DNA of 63,854 bases, filler included, from Octopus bimaculoides (Eukaryota), in assembly GCF_001194135.2 (NCBI RefSeq). It is 5 parts of 5 records of this genome, joined end to end, with 100 filler letters (N's around TTAATTAATTAA, not from the genome) between each part and the next. Parts side by side here need not be neighbours in the genome. Positions count along the whole stretch, not along the records: positions 25,654 to 42,101 come from NC_068981.1; 4 more parts are not named here. One strand, written 5' to 3'. The notes under the pieces were generated by a model. It did not search any database. It saw only the letters and a program-made list of their open reading frames with translations, and was not told the origin of the DNA. Below, in pieces: positions 26,571-40,665 of the stretch. How positions within the stretch are numbered: the stretch's first letter is position 1; every line of letters begins with the position of its first letter. The position numbers and the translations under genes were made by a program.

Positions 26571-27803
26571 ATGAAATGATAATATCGTTTTCACAAATAT
26601 TAAAATGATTAAGTTAATAAATTTAGAAAAACTTATACATACATGCATAAATACACACACATACACGCACACTCACACACACATATATTCATAGATATAT
26701 CAATATATATATATATATATATATATATTACATACATGCACACACACACACACACGCACACACATACACACACGCACACACACACATACACACACACACA
26801 CACATATCCACAAGGACACCGACTCTGATGTCAAAATCACCAGGTCTGTGGAAGCGGACGTAGCGATGTATCAAATATTCATAAATTCCATCCTGATATT
26901 ATAATTATATTCATCTCACATTATATCGGTATTACCATGATACAGCCCCGAAAATCTGACTCACTAGTCAGTATCATTAAACGGCAGCCGGCATAATGAA
27001 ACTGGAGCTTTATTTGCATACCCGTAATGTTACCTAAACAAATAAAAAAAAANNNNNNNNNNNNNNNNNNNNNNNNNNNNNNNNNNNNNNNNNNNNNNNN
27101 NNNNNNNNNNNNNNNNNNNNNNNNNNNNNTATATATATATGTATATATAAAATTCATTTTCGTGTTCTTCTCTCTTGCTCGTAGTATGAGTAGTATTATT
27201 GTTCTCAACACAAGTACACAGGTATCATACCAATGAATTCTCTTAGTTTGAGATGATTTTTGCTTATCTGGTCAGGACTTCGTTTTAGTACATTTTCGCT
27301 GTGAATATTGCTTCGTTGGGGATCATAAACAGAGAGGACTGGTCATTCCATTTTCTATGATACTGATAAAATATGTCCCAGCAAAGCTGTGACCTGACAG
27401 TCTCAATAATTTGATGAATCATAGACGAATATTTATCCCTTCCTGCCAGCATGAAGGACAATCTAGGTATGTGAGTATTTCTATGTGTACATGCGTGGGG
27501 GTGGGATGGTAGCAAAGGGAGGAATGATAGTAATATGGAGATGATGGTTTTTGTGGTGGTCTTGGATGTTTTTGCTATTCATCCTGAAGATTTTAAGGAT
27601 GGTCATTCATTCAACAGATTTAATGATAGTAGAACGTCTCTTCGTTCTATTTCAATCAAGACCTGACTCTTCATTAAATTCTGATCATGCCAGGTGATCA
27701 ACTACTATATAGTGGGGTTTGTTGACTCTGATGTCAAAATCATCTGGTCTGTGGAAACGTGCGTAGCGATGTATTAAACTTTTATAAATTCAATCCCGGC
27801 ATC

Positions 27804-27846
<43 letters not shown>

Positions 27847-28039
27847 CATTATATAATTTGGTTTAAGAAAATACGAAATTTATGTAATCATTCTGTAGTT
27901 ATGATTTACATTTACATAATAAATACATATTACACAATAATTATAGCTAGACAAGAAACATATCAATAGTTTATTTAAAATAGAAATAAGAATTACATAG
28001 GGTAAACATATACGTGAAAAGGATAAATACCTAAAGGCT

Positions 28040-28210
28040 GATTTATCTTTTCTACTCTATGCACAATTTATGTTATTTAATTTATCGACTCCGAAAAGAT
28101 GAAAGGCAAAGTCGACCTCGACGGAATTTGAACTCAGAACGTAAAAACAGACGAAATACCACTAGACATTTCGCCCGGCGTGCTAAAGTTTCTGCCAACT
28201 CACCGCTGTG
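28040..28210 (-). mobile_element. SINE family B
   Basis: gatgaaaggcaaagtcgacctcgacggaatttgaactcagaacgtaaaaacagacgaaatacc. Confidence 0.85.
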
Positions 28211-28559
28211 TAAAGGTTGATGTATCGATTAAAATTCATATAAAATTTAAGATTAAACGCGTTGACTTAGGAATTAGAAGTTGTAAGATACATCAGCGGC
28301 AGTGTGAAATTCTAGTGATGGATTTAAAAGTTTAAAAGAGTTCTAAAGAAATGTATAAAGTGGGTTATAGCACCATATATGGTGTAAATTATAACTATAG
28401 ATTGATTACATAAATTTTGTCTCTCCTTAAGGCAAGTTTTTTAATACGATGGAATATAGCCTATATATATGTGTGTGTGTGTGCGTGTTTGTGTGTGTGT
28501 GTGTGTGTATGTGTGTGTGGGTGTGTGGGTGTGTGTGCGTGTGTGTGTGTGTGTGTGTA

Positions 28560-29035
28560 TTTACGATTGAATATAGCCATCAACAACTTCCATTAAGAAA
28601 TCCAACTGCAAAATAGAAACAGACATATACTATAAGCCCACAGACTCCAGGCAATATCTACCACTCATTTCATTCCACTCCGGTCACACTAGAATGAATA
28701 TCACTTTCAACCTGGTAAAAAGGATTTGCACTATAGTATCTGATACAAACACCAAGGACAGTCGACTACATGAGCTAAAGGATACACTCATCAGCAGGAA
28801 TTACTTACCATCACTAATTGTTATAGGTTTTCAACGTGACCTACAGCTCAACATCTACGAACTCAGACATCCCAACCTAAAGAGTGCACCACAACCAAAA
28901 ACCTTACCGTACCTATTCACACACAACTCCTCACACAATGAGGCATTCCACACCATCCTTCAGAGCATTCCTTTACAAAAATGTGACCATAGATTCAATC
29001 AAATCCTCCAAACGCACACCACAAGGAAAGGGTAA
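28560..29035 (+). mobile_element. Penelope-like element, RT C-terminal/thumb fragment
   Basis: ETDIYYKATDS..YL.L.S.HSGHTRMNITFNLVKRICTIVSD...RLHELKDTLISRNY. Confidence 0.85.
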
Positions 29036-29789
29036 TAACAGTAGAACATAATGATAATGATTGACCAGTTATGGTATTCAGAGTGGAAGGAAATGGATAG
29101 CTACACTGTGAAGGGCTCTTGATTGTGGAGTTTAATAGGTCATCAGTTGTTCTAGTATTGAAGAGTGACTGCCAATACTGATCTTGTTGTTGCTAATGTT
29201 AAGTTATGGTAAGTTTAGTAGCAATAGAACATGATGTCACTGATGATGAATGGTGACTTGTGGTATTCCGAGGAATACAGATCAATTTTTGAACACTATT
29301 TTCTAAGCCTGAGAGAGGTATGGAAGTATTGCAATATTGAATTTTCCACCCTCACCCCCACCCTCACCACAAAATTTTAGGGGTGCAAGTGCATCCTCTG
29401 CACCGTTTTCGTGTCCTGTTCGCGGGCCCATGGTCAGAAAGAAAGAAATTAAGACTTAGAGAGACCTATCCATGCTTCGCTATGTGAATCTGAGATTGAA
29501 ATGCGTATGACTCTGGTGCACTGTTAATCTTTTAATAAGCGGTTGCGAATCTATATCTGGCTATTGTGTCTTCCTTTCTTTTTATGGCTAAAAGTTTTCT
29601 AAGGGAAGATACAGTCGTCATATTCCTTGTAATCTCAGGTTTCATAGTCTACAGGAAACCAATCCATAGTAAACGCGAATATTTATGACAACGATTTCTA
29701 GGTATTGAAAAGAATATGCTTTTAGCACACTCTGTTTATCTATTTCTCTCTGAATTCGTTTCCATTTCATCCTAATGTCATTTCTTTGT

Positions 29790-29834
29790 ATGCGTATGTA
29801 TGTATGTATGTATGTATGTATGTATGTATATATG

Positions 29835-29887
<53 letters not shown>

Positions 29888-29901
29888 GTCTGTCTGTCTA
29901 C

Positions 29902-29960
<59 letters not shown>

Positions 29961-30012
29961 ACTATCCATCTATCTATCTATCTATCTATCTATCTGTCTA
30001 TCTATCTATCTA

Positions 30013-30065
<53 letters not shown>
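29790..30065. repeat. Compound (TATG)n(TATC)n(TC)n microsatellite
   Basis: Three motif blocks in series. Confidence 0.97.
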
Positions 30066-30332
30066 TTATGTATCTGTGTATCTATATATATAGATACACA
30101 TACACATACACAGGCGACCATATATGTGTGTGTATATACATATGTTATGCATTTTATTTTCCCTGTAATAACGCTCAATATATCACTTAAATGAAACACG
30201 TCACTATTTCTTGTAACCATATACATGTGTATAAATGTACACTAATATGTGTATGTGTATATGTGCATGTGGTGTGCGTGTGTGTGTGTGTATGTATGTG
30301 TGTGTGTNNNNNNNNNNGTGTGTGTGTGTGTA

Positions 30333-30387
<55 letters not shown>

Positions 30388-30935
30388 CGTGGCAGCAGAA
30401 TGAGATGAATTCAGCATAGATATTTGATAATTCCATTATCTGTAGTTCTAAGCACTTCAGGTCATTCGTCAAGAATATTGTATACTCCTTATCATTCATA
30501 AATAGCTTCGACCATTCAGCATGTCATCCGCAGTGTTATATATCAGTAGTTACTCCTTGGGGAACCCATCCGTGACTTCGTCATCTGTCACGAAATAGAT
30601 GTGAAAATTGAATTTCGTTTTATCTTGTTACCAACGTGTGATCATTTCTGGGATCACAAGGAATTATTTACGCAACATTATCATACTTGATACTTGGGGA
30701 AAGAGATGCATGTGCAACACATCACTGCTATCAGCAGAATAAGCGATAAACGCAAAAAAATTAAAGGATGCAACGATAAAAGCTTCGGGTTACAAATATA
30801 AAAATTAATGAAAATCTATTATATGAAAGATTTACGTCGCAAAACGCAATCAAATATATGTGAAACTACGAAATGTAATGTGTTCGCAGGTGTCTGTACG
30901 TATGTTTGTGTATGTACGTATATATATATATATAT

Positions 30936-31085
30936 ATAAATTCAAAAAGGGATAAAACTCTTTTACAAGAAATTTATCAAGAAGCCAGTGTGTAAAAAAA
31001 TTCATAAGGGAAATTTGTATTCCCAAGATTATAATTATTCTTGATAAAATTCTTGTAAAAGAGTTTTATCCGTTTTTGAATTTAT
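30936..31085. repeat. 150-bp inverted repeat (MITE-like hairpin)
   Basis: 48-bp arms at 30936-30983 and 31038-31085 with 2 mismatches and a 54-bp spacer; left flank is (TA)n. Confidence 0.88.
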
Positions 31086-31159
31086 TTATCAAATATATAC
31101 ACGGAATATATTCAATATTGAATTTTTATTCCTGTCTCCACATGGGTACCCAAAACAAC

Positions 31160-31259
31160 CCGGAAGTATTCCCGCTTCTTTGATGAAGATATATACAGAT
31201 AAACTTCATTCCCTTTACTCTGTCGGATACGTAGTGTGTTCGTTTTTGGTGAGGTGAGA
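31160..31259 (+). promoter_or_regulatory. Candidate promoter / first exon: ETS motif, E2F-like motif and strong splice donor
   Basis: CCGGAAGT at 31160-31167, TTCCCGC at 31169-31175, ATG at 31183 open to donor GAG|GTGAGA (31254, phase 2). The sequence is locally CpG-containing and not a recognisable repeat. Confidence 0.3.
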
Positions 31260-31927
31260 ATTCTGCTCGTTTATATATATTTTTGGGACAATATTGTGCT
31301 GATGAACGAAATCTAGATTCATTCTAGTAATCGCGAAATCGGTCGATACACAGTTAAGTTTATTTAAAAGAAAGTTGGTCGTCTTCTGTTGGTTGTTTTT
31401 CCNNNNNNNNNNNNNNNNNNNNNNNNNNNNNNNNNNNNNNNNNNNNNNNNNNNNNNNNNNNNNNNNNNNNNNNNNNNNNNNNNNNNNNNNNNNNNNNNNN
31501 NNNNNNNNNNNNNNNNNNNNNNNNNNNNNNNNNNNNNNNNNNNNNNNNNNNNNNNNNNNNNNNNNNNNNNNNNNNNNNNNNNNNNNNNNNNNNNNNNNNN
31601 NNNNNNNNNNNNNNNNNNNNNNNNNNNNNNNNNNNNNNNNNNNNNNNNNNNNNNNNNNNNNNNNNNNNNNNNNNNNNNNNNNNNNNNNNNNNNNNNNNNN
31701 NNNNNNNNNNNNNNNNNNNNNNNNNNNNNNNNNNNNNNNNNNNNNNNNNNNNNNNNNNNNNNNNNNNNNNNNNNNNNNNNNNNNNNNNNNNNNNNNNNNN
31801 NNNNNNNNNNNNNNNNNNNNNNNNNNNNNNNNNNNNNNNNNNNNNNNNNNNNNNNNNNNNNNNNNNNNNNNNNNNNNNNNNNNNNNNNNNNNNNNNNNNN
31901 NNNNNNNNNNNNNNNNNNNNNNNNNNN

Positions 31928-31979
<52 letters not shown>

Positions 31980-33727
31980 GAGACCGATAGAATGCATAGG
32001 CTTAATCTATAGAAGTTGCTAGCTGCACTCATTTATGCTGCAGATGTATATATGTATAAATATCTATATAGACGGAGAATAGAAGAGGGGGACATTTGGA
32101 GAAAGTGTGGGAGGGAGAGTATTTCCTGCTTGAAGAAAACATTTCATATTTACACTGACTTTGACCCTTAATTTTCCAAGCTATTTCGAGATCTTCTGTT
32201 TTCTATTTTGGATCAACAACGTACATGCTATAGATAAACCTTTCAGAATGTTCTCTTTATATGCTTTATGAACACAAACGTAGAATAATTAAGGCCAAAC
32301 TGTCTTATTTCTCCAACTCAGTGTCTCTCGATATATCTGTGTTTCTTTCTACATTTCTCTTTCTTTCTCTCTGTCGTCTATCTATTATTTTCTGTGTTTC
32401 TTTCTTTCTCACTTTTTGTGTCTGTTTCTCTACATCTTTGCCTGTCTCATCGCATTTATCCTTATGTATGTATTCGTGATGTATATCATACATTTGCTTT
32501 ATGTTAAGCTAGGCTAGTAACAAAAGATTAGCCCATAAATCATCAATTTGAATGTTAAAAAAAAACAAGGCAATCGAATCACCGTATAAGCCAGAGAGAT
32601 CTCAGTTAACAGGCTCCTGCTTCGAAGTGCGACAAATTTCTGTAGGGTTTCGAGTTTTACACGTATCCGACGTTTTATGATCGGCAAATACGGTTAGAGA
32701 CTATACTAGGTAGATGTCTAATGAGATAAAATGCATGATGTTAACTGTTATCATATTCGCCCACAACTTCACACCAATCGGTATACTACGTTCAAATTGA
32801 GTTCTTGGACTTCTTGACATTTTTAGCTGGTAATTCATAAAGTTTTGCAAACTATGATATTAGATTTTTTAAATTGCCGCTCGAACTATAGTAACTGATA
32901 GTGCAGACTTAGGCATTTTTACAAGTACATAATTCATGTGTGTTCCTCTCAACAGCAGGTGTCCACACTATTTCATTCACTAAAATATTCATGGTACGCT
33001 TTCGCTGTAGGTATGAAGCAGTAGTATTCGTACTTATTTATAACAGGTTGCTGTCCAGCTTGACATAGTTCTTTTCATAAAAAAAAGAGATCCCTTAGTG
33101 ATAGATATAGCGCAACATATAAAATCATCGAAACACTTTAAATGTATAAAAAATTCAATAACAGGGATACTGCTATTTGATACTATTTCGATATTCAGTC
33201 ATTCTTTATTTCGCTTTTCAATTTTATTTGAGTTTATTTGAGAGAATTGCAGTCATTATATATAATCGTATTGTCTTTTTATTTCATAACTAATTTCCCA
33301 ACACGAATGGATGCCATGTTTTCAAAGTATCATACATTTTGTAGATTTCTCACAATATGTTGTAGAAGGTTCGCATTACATCTTAATAGTTTTGAGAGCA
33401 TTAAACTAATCATTTACAATAGATAGTAAGCTTAATAATTGCCCCCATTTCTAAACATAACAAAATCTTGAAAAGACACAGAAGATTGTGCATTGACATT
33501 TTCGTGCACTCATTGTACTGAAAATTAAAAAGAGAAAACAGATCACAATTCATGGAATATGTACAAATAATTAAGATGAGCGCTATTTAGAGAAATGACA
33601 TGATAATTAAATTTATTCTTTCCTTAGTCTTATACATTATTATTAGTTTTAATAACTTGACAAATGTCGTGACTCACAAAGTTTGCAAAAATACTGCAAT
33701 GAAATTAACATCAACAAAATTAAATGA

Positions 33728-33788
<61 letters not shown>
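33728..33788. repeat. (ATT)n microsatellite
   Basis: About 20 perfect units. Confidence 0.97.
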
Positions 33789-34499
33789 GGTGTGATGATG
33801 AATAGTATTATATTAATTCATGAAACTTCGATTTGTCAATTGACACGTTCGGCAAATTGCTTAATTGATTGATTGATAAAAATCTAGCTAATGTTTTATC
33901 AAAAATGATCTACTTGCCTGCAGACGGTAACTCGTCACTCTATATGACTGCTATTAAAATTAATTGAATAGATATAGATCTATCAAGATATGTATATCAT
34001 CATGACATGAAAGTTGATTATTAACAGCAATGCAGCAGATATTTAAATTCATTTTAATTTTTTAGTATTCGAACTCAAATAGATACACACAAAAGCATAA
34101 CTACGCACTCACACACATACACAAGCACACACACACACAGCACACAAACACACCCAAAAACAATACAAAGAGACACACATATATATACATATAAATATAT
34201 ATATAGTGAGAATTTACAAAAAAATAAAAGACGAAGACGGGTGTGTAAACAAAAAATAGATGTATTGGTTTAGCGCTTGAGTAGGAAGAAAGTCTTTTAC
34301 GTTTCGAACCTTCGCTCTTCGACAAAAAGAAACACAGAAATAATCATGGAAAGAAAAAAGAAAAACAATTAGTGGCTAGTGATCTATTATATATATACAT
34401 ATATATACACATATGTATATACATGCATACATTTATATATATCTCTCTATCTATCTATACATACATATATATACACATATGTATATANNNNNNNNNNTA

Positions 34500-35190
34500 T
34501 ATATTCCCACGTAAAGAGCAAGGTTGACTTGACCCGCAAGATGTGCTCCTGGATTCTGAGAACTTTCCGGTCAAGAGATGCGCACACCATCATCCTTTTC
34601 TACTCTTCTTTTAACCGACCCCAAATTGAGTACTGTTGCCCACTGTGGTCTCCCCATACAAAGAGGAAGCTCTTCAGAGGTCAATAACAAGAAAGATTGT
34701 GAGCAAGAGAGGCATTGACTCTCGGGGTCGACTAAAAATTCTCAATTTCTACTCTCTGTAACGCCGCCGGGAATGCTACATTTGTGTGAACTGGAAAGTA
34801 TTCCATCAATATTGCACAAATGATGTTGGCATAAATTTTAAAATCCATCCCAAACTTGACCCCCGTGCTATCTGCCCACTACAAAAATCGAACTCAGGAC
34901 ACATTACGTCACATCGCAACTACTTTACCGCAACCTGTCCAGCTCTCTTTAATACCATATCAAAATAGGTCAAAACGGAAACGGATCCCATAAAATCCAA
35001 ACGTTCACTGGACAAATTTCTTCAAAAAATTCCGGGCCAACCTCCTAAACCCGGATATGTCTCCAACAATAATAACTCTTTGCTAGAGTGGGCCATGCTA
35101 CCCCATATATGACTAAAAGACTTCACCAGGTGGTACTATTATGTGGCTTGGGCGTATACTGGCCGAAACCGTTCAAAGTTATCAATGTTA
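34500..35190 (+). mobile_element. CR1/L2-type LINE 3' fragment with 3' UTR
   Basis: KMCSWILRTFRSRD...FNRPQIEYCCPLWSPH, YSL*RRRE, PALFNTI, LDKFLQKIPGQP...NNSL; several stops. Confidence 0.85.
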
Positions 35191-35692
35191 TATATATATA
35201 TGGATGAGGAATGCAGCCAAAACACACACACATAAAAAGAAGTAAAATGTAGAGACGTACGCAGCAATGTATTAAAGAATTTAGGAATTTCCTTCCAAAA
35301 TTTGTCGTTATTACTGTACCAACCCGACGCTATAGGGCTACCAGACTAATATCCATCGCTTAACAATTAATCTGGAAGATGGGAATATATAGTGGTCGCC
35401 GTAATAAGTACGAACGCACTCAAAAACATCTCACATACACACACACACACATACACACACACACACATACACACACACACATATAAACACACATATATAG
35501 ATATACAATTGTCACTAATTGTAACTGAAAATGCCTGGTAGCACCTATGTTGCTAGAAATAAGAGTCAAAAACCCTGAAAAAAATATACTGACGAGTGAG
35601 CTAACCGCCCCTCAGTTACAACTAGTGGCAACTGAATTTTTTTGTTTTTGGTTTTATATTGCGTATACCTGTTTTCGTTATTTATTTATATA

Positions 35693-35755
<63 letters not shown>

Positions 35756-35884
35756 GTGTGTGTGTGTGTGTATGTATGTATGTGTGTATGTATGTATGTT
35801 TGAATGTGTATGTATATGTATAAGTTTGGTGAGTCAAAAAGGAAAATGGAATGCAATATGTAAGTTCTTAATTAATAATCGGTA

Positions 35885-36260
35885 GCATGGCAGCGAATTG
35901 GCAGAATCGTTAGTACAACCGGCAAAATACGTAGCGGCCTTTCTTCCGTCTTAACGTTTTGCGATCAAATTTCACCGAAGTCATTTTGCCTTTTATCATT
36001 TCGGTCTCAACTAAATAAGTATCAGTTGAGCATTGGAGTTGATGTAATCGCCTTATCCCGCTGCCCAGAACTTGCTGGCCTTCTGCCAAAATTTGAAAGC
36101 AATTAATAATCAGCAGTAGTTAGAGAAGTGGCTGTGTAGTATGTAGCTTGCTTACCAACCACATGGTTCCGGGTTCAGTCCCACTGGGTGTCATGTAGGG
36201 TAAGTGTCTTCTACTATAGCCTCAGGCTATAGTAGTGTCTTCTACTATAGCCTCAGAGTA
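35885..36260 (+). mobile_element. SINE family B followed by a SINE family A head with internal duplication
   Basis: B copy at 35885-36100. Head gtggctgtgtagtatgtagcttgcttaccaaccacatggttccgggttcagtccc at 36128; agtgtcttctactatagcctcag is duplicated. Confidence 0.8.
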
Positions 36261-37235
36261 GTGTTTCTCTCGATGTTATACTATTTTGAGTATGTAGATC
36301 TTGTCAGCACTACGGAAAGATTGAATGAAAAAGAAACAGAGAAAGGAGAAGGATGAAATGAATGCCAAGCTTGAGTAACTGGTTGGAAGAAAGCGGCATC
36401 AGGACGTTGGACTGTTGCAGAAGTCAAAGAAGAGAGAATTGTGGCAAGGAATGATTGCCTATGTTCTAAATTATGTTCATGGCACTGAAAATTAAAATAG
36501 AATAAGACGACTCTATTCTGCCCTCATTTCCAAATATGTTTCGAAAAATTGTCAGGGAATTTTCTCTTTGTGTAAACTATCGAATGCCTATACCAGTAAA
36601 CTGTCGTATTGTGTACATTTCTAACGCGACAATGTAAAATTTCGATTGCAAACATTTCCAGTACTACCTTCATACATCTTGCCAAGTAACTAGCAACGTC
36701 CTTTGTATCAAGTTGGCAGTTGTAAGTGTTCCTACATTTTCAAATGATGGATTGCTTCTGTACTAGGTCACAGTAAAAAATTTTGCAATGACATTAAAAA
36801 TCATTTCTATAAAAGACCTGATCATACCTATTATCAAATGAATTGATAATACTTAAAGAAACTCCTTAGCTATATTTCCACGAAAATTCAAGCAACAAAA
36901 TAGATAATACTAAAGCATTTTTCTATTTCCTTTTCTTTGTTTACGTGTTATTGCCCTCATATATTCTGTCGTACCTAAATTTGTTTCGCAATAGAAATGT
37001 GAAGCTTTTTAAAAAGCATTTACAACTCAAAATAGAGATCATATATCTCTTCCAACATAAGATACTAAATTTAGGAGAATGTTTGATGGATAATTCCAAA
37101 TTTTGGTTATATGAATTACCATTCAATGGTCATATTATACAGATATATGTATTTTATTGAATCTAATATCGTTTCCAAATACAGTTTTTCATACAAAATT
37201 ACTAAACGTTGAAACAATAAATTTCTAAACCTATC

Positions 37236-38195
37236 AACATTATGTTTTATTATATGTTCTAAGATAAACAATCTAAAATCTCTTCAGCCAACATAGGGAA
37301 TCTATTTTACATCAAATTTAAATTAATTAAACTAATGATTTGACACGTTTTCTCCTAGTCAATAAGATCCGTATTTACTCCAAACAATCTATCTCCAATA
37401 ATCTTTTTTACGAATACTCACTCTATTTACGTTAAACATTAGACACACAGAGTCTGCAGAAGGATTAGAAATGAGTACAATGAGATTAGTGATGGATAGA
37501 GCTTGTAAAGCATTAGTGACAGAGGAATAACTGTACAAAGGTTACATCTACATAATTAAATAATTTATTACAAACTAGATTTTATGTGGTGTATCAACAT
37601 AATAACGGTACCGATCGTAACTTTGCCGAAATCCTAATTGTAGGATGGAATAATCTACACTTAGGGAGAATTGAGAAATTATTAGGTCGTCAAGTATGAA
37701 ATTTGTTGTAAGTGTATATGGTAAACTTTGACAGATGCTCATTTTGCGCCATTATTTTATTTTGACAATCTTTATTTTTGGTTAGAAAGCTGACGCATCT
37801 ATTTCTTTATTCTAACTTATTTTGCGCTTTATAAAATATTTATAAATCATTTTTTGCTATTTTTGTTTAGAGTTGGATAAGACGGAAATTCGTACACTTT
37901 TGAAATATGAGTTCTTTCTTGGAAATACAGCACCACAGAGAGCATGGAATATTAATGGAGTATTTCGTTCTAATGTTATTACAGACAGTATCAAATTGGT
38001 TAGCAGAATTTCGTTCTTGTAACTTTGACCTCACAAATGAGGTTAAACATTATGTTTTATTATATGTTCTAAGATAGACAATCTAAAACCCCTTCAGCCA
38101 ACACTGGGAATCTATTTGCATCAAATTTAAAGTAATTAAACTAATGATTTCACACGTTTTCTCCTAGTCAATAAAATCCGTATTTACTCCAAACA
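37236..38195. repeat. Pair of about 150-bp direct repeats 810 bp apart
   Basis: 37236-37386 and 38046-38195, both aacattatgttttattatatgttctaagat...ccgtatttactccaaaca, roughly 90% identical by eye. Confidence 0.9.
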
Positions 38196-38301
38196 TGTAT
38201 TTACTCCATAAAATTTCACATCAGTAATTAAAAAAAGACATATAGTGACAGAAAATGGGATAATGACTTACAGCTGTTTCAGTCGAGCGGTGACATAAAT
38301 A

Positions 38302-38360
<59 letters not shown>

Positions 38361-38370
38361 NNNNNNNNNN

Positions 38371-38401
<31 letters not shown>

Positions 38402-39432
38402 GTATATGTTCTAACCAATAACTTGCAATTACCATGGGTCTCCCAATCTTCTCTGCATAACATTTTAAATTCGACAATGGAAATAACAATATCATCAAGC
38501 GACTTTTAAAATGTTCATACATTCGGAATTCACACAAGCATTTAAAAATATGTATACTTATGTGATTGTGTGTGTGTGTATTCGTGTGCGCGCGCACACC
38601 CACGCTTATGTGCGCTATTATGTAAAAACTGAGAAATAGATCGAATATAAATATAACAAGCTAAAACTTTAACAATGTAGTACAATCCGTTGTTAAACTG
38701 AATCTAAAAGCATAAAGCAATTATTTACCTGCCAATAGGTACTCGACAGAAGAAACCAGAAAAGAAAAAAATACATACATGAAGTGAAGAAAAGAGTGTA
38801 CAAAATTAACCTTCTATGCACTTGTAAGTTTCATTGCTTCATGGATCTTTTCATGAAGGTGAAAATAAGAAAATTCTATGAACGTATTTTTGAAGATTTC
38901 TTGACTCAGCGTAATATTGTAAGCCACTGCCAAGTATATTAGTTCAAGAAACCTCAGTTCTGTTAGTGATATTGACAATTTTGAATTGCCTGATAACGCA
39001 TGTATATGCAAACATACGCATATTATTATTTTATATAGAGAGAGCTAAATTATCTAATAATGTCCAAATAAAATACCTGAACGTGCAATGTTTGTAGATG
39101 TATAAAGTTATATTATTTTTTGCTAATAGGTAATTGTATTTTTGTTACAGCAAAATCAAATTTATAAGTGTCGCTGATATTAAAAGGCTGTTTATAGCAA
39201 ATACTGTGTCAGATAGCCGAACAAGTAAATTAAAGCCTTGATGTGTGCTCCACTTAGACCTTTCTGTCTTTTCTCTTTATTTAAAAACAGCAGAAATATA
39301 ACTGTTATAAAAAACTGTTACTTGGAGTTTCACGTTCCCGTTCATCGGACAGTTTTGTTAGAGCATATTAGTCTACCTCTAGCATTTGAGTACTCTTTTT
39401 TCCACCTTGTTGCACATTTATGTGCTTACTCC

Positions 39433-39463
<31 letters not shown>

Positions 39464-40665
39464 NNNNNNNNNNNNNNNNNNNNNNNNNNNNNNNNNNNNN
39501 NNNNNNNNNNNNNNNNNNNNNNNNNNNNNNNNNNNNNNNNNNNNNNNNNNNNNNNNNNNNNNNNTTTCACGATGTATATCCATGAACTATATAAAGACTT
39601 ATACATATATGAATGGCATAGTTTCTGTCTCTCAAAAACCATTTATAAGCTAATTATTAAACATGAATCTATGACAGGACGTATTAGTCTAATTTTCAGC
39701 TCAGTGGATCCGATCCAGTAACCAAATAATTGTAAAGTGAACTTCGTTAATCTACAACCGTGTCTCGGCGCTCATTATCTGCTACGTAAATTAATGCAAT
39801 TCCATTAAATTAATTGAAGCATATCTCAGCAACCTGCACAATGATTTACTAGTGAATAAATTCATACTAGCAATTTTAACAATATCTTTTATAAATTTTT
39901 CTTAAACTTACATGATAATCAAAATAAATACGAACTCTTAAAAATCTATATCAACTTAATATTTAAAACTGAGTTTCTCTCCTTGACTCATCTTTTTTTT
40001 CTCTCTTTGCTCCACTCTTTGTCTGCTTCTCTATCTCTGATTGTCTGTGTGTCTCCCTTTATGCCTCTTACACTCTCAATTTAAATTGATTTAAAATTCT
40101 GTGAATGTAATTTTCATACTCAATTTAAGATGTTTTTTTTCCTATTCTGTCTTCTCTGTCTTCTCATTATTTTCTTTTCTTTTTTCTTTTAATCTTGCTA
40201 CATGGTTTACTTTTTTCATAATTTGTTTTCGTCAGAAAGGAGGCTTGAAATTTTAATTTGCTATTATTTTCGGATTTGTATATTCTTTCTTTTATTATTT
40301 CTGTTAAATAATGCTTTTCGATAATCGGAAATTTTATTGCTTCTCTGCAGCTGTTCAGGGGTGGGACATGCTTCTTTATGTTCAACCACTTTATCCACAC
40401 AGTTCTTCTAACAAAATGAGAAACTAAGATAGAAAAAGAACACTAGTACACATAAAATATTGTACATAAAAGAAGCATTTATTTAGTAAACAGTTCATAA
40501 TATACTTTACTTGAAATATAAAACAAAAGAAGATTTGGAGGAGAAAAGTTTCTTAATGAGTTTCAGCCAAATGATCGGAGATTGCTTGCTGTCATAGAGT
40601 TCAAACGCTTCAATCTCTTATTCCGCTTAATTCTGACTATCTTCCTATCTGTCTTTGCTTCTCAG

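Noticed and set aside
38858-38917. 60-nt candidate exon VKIRKFYERIFEDFLTQRNI
   Set aside because: Phase 0/0 does not fit the phase-2 exons of the gene model, and the acceptor is weak.
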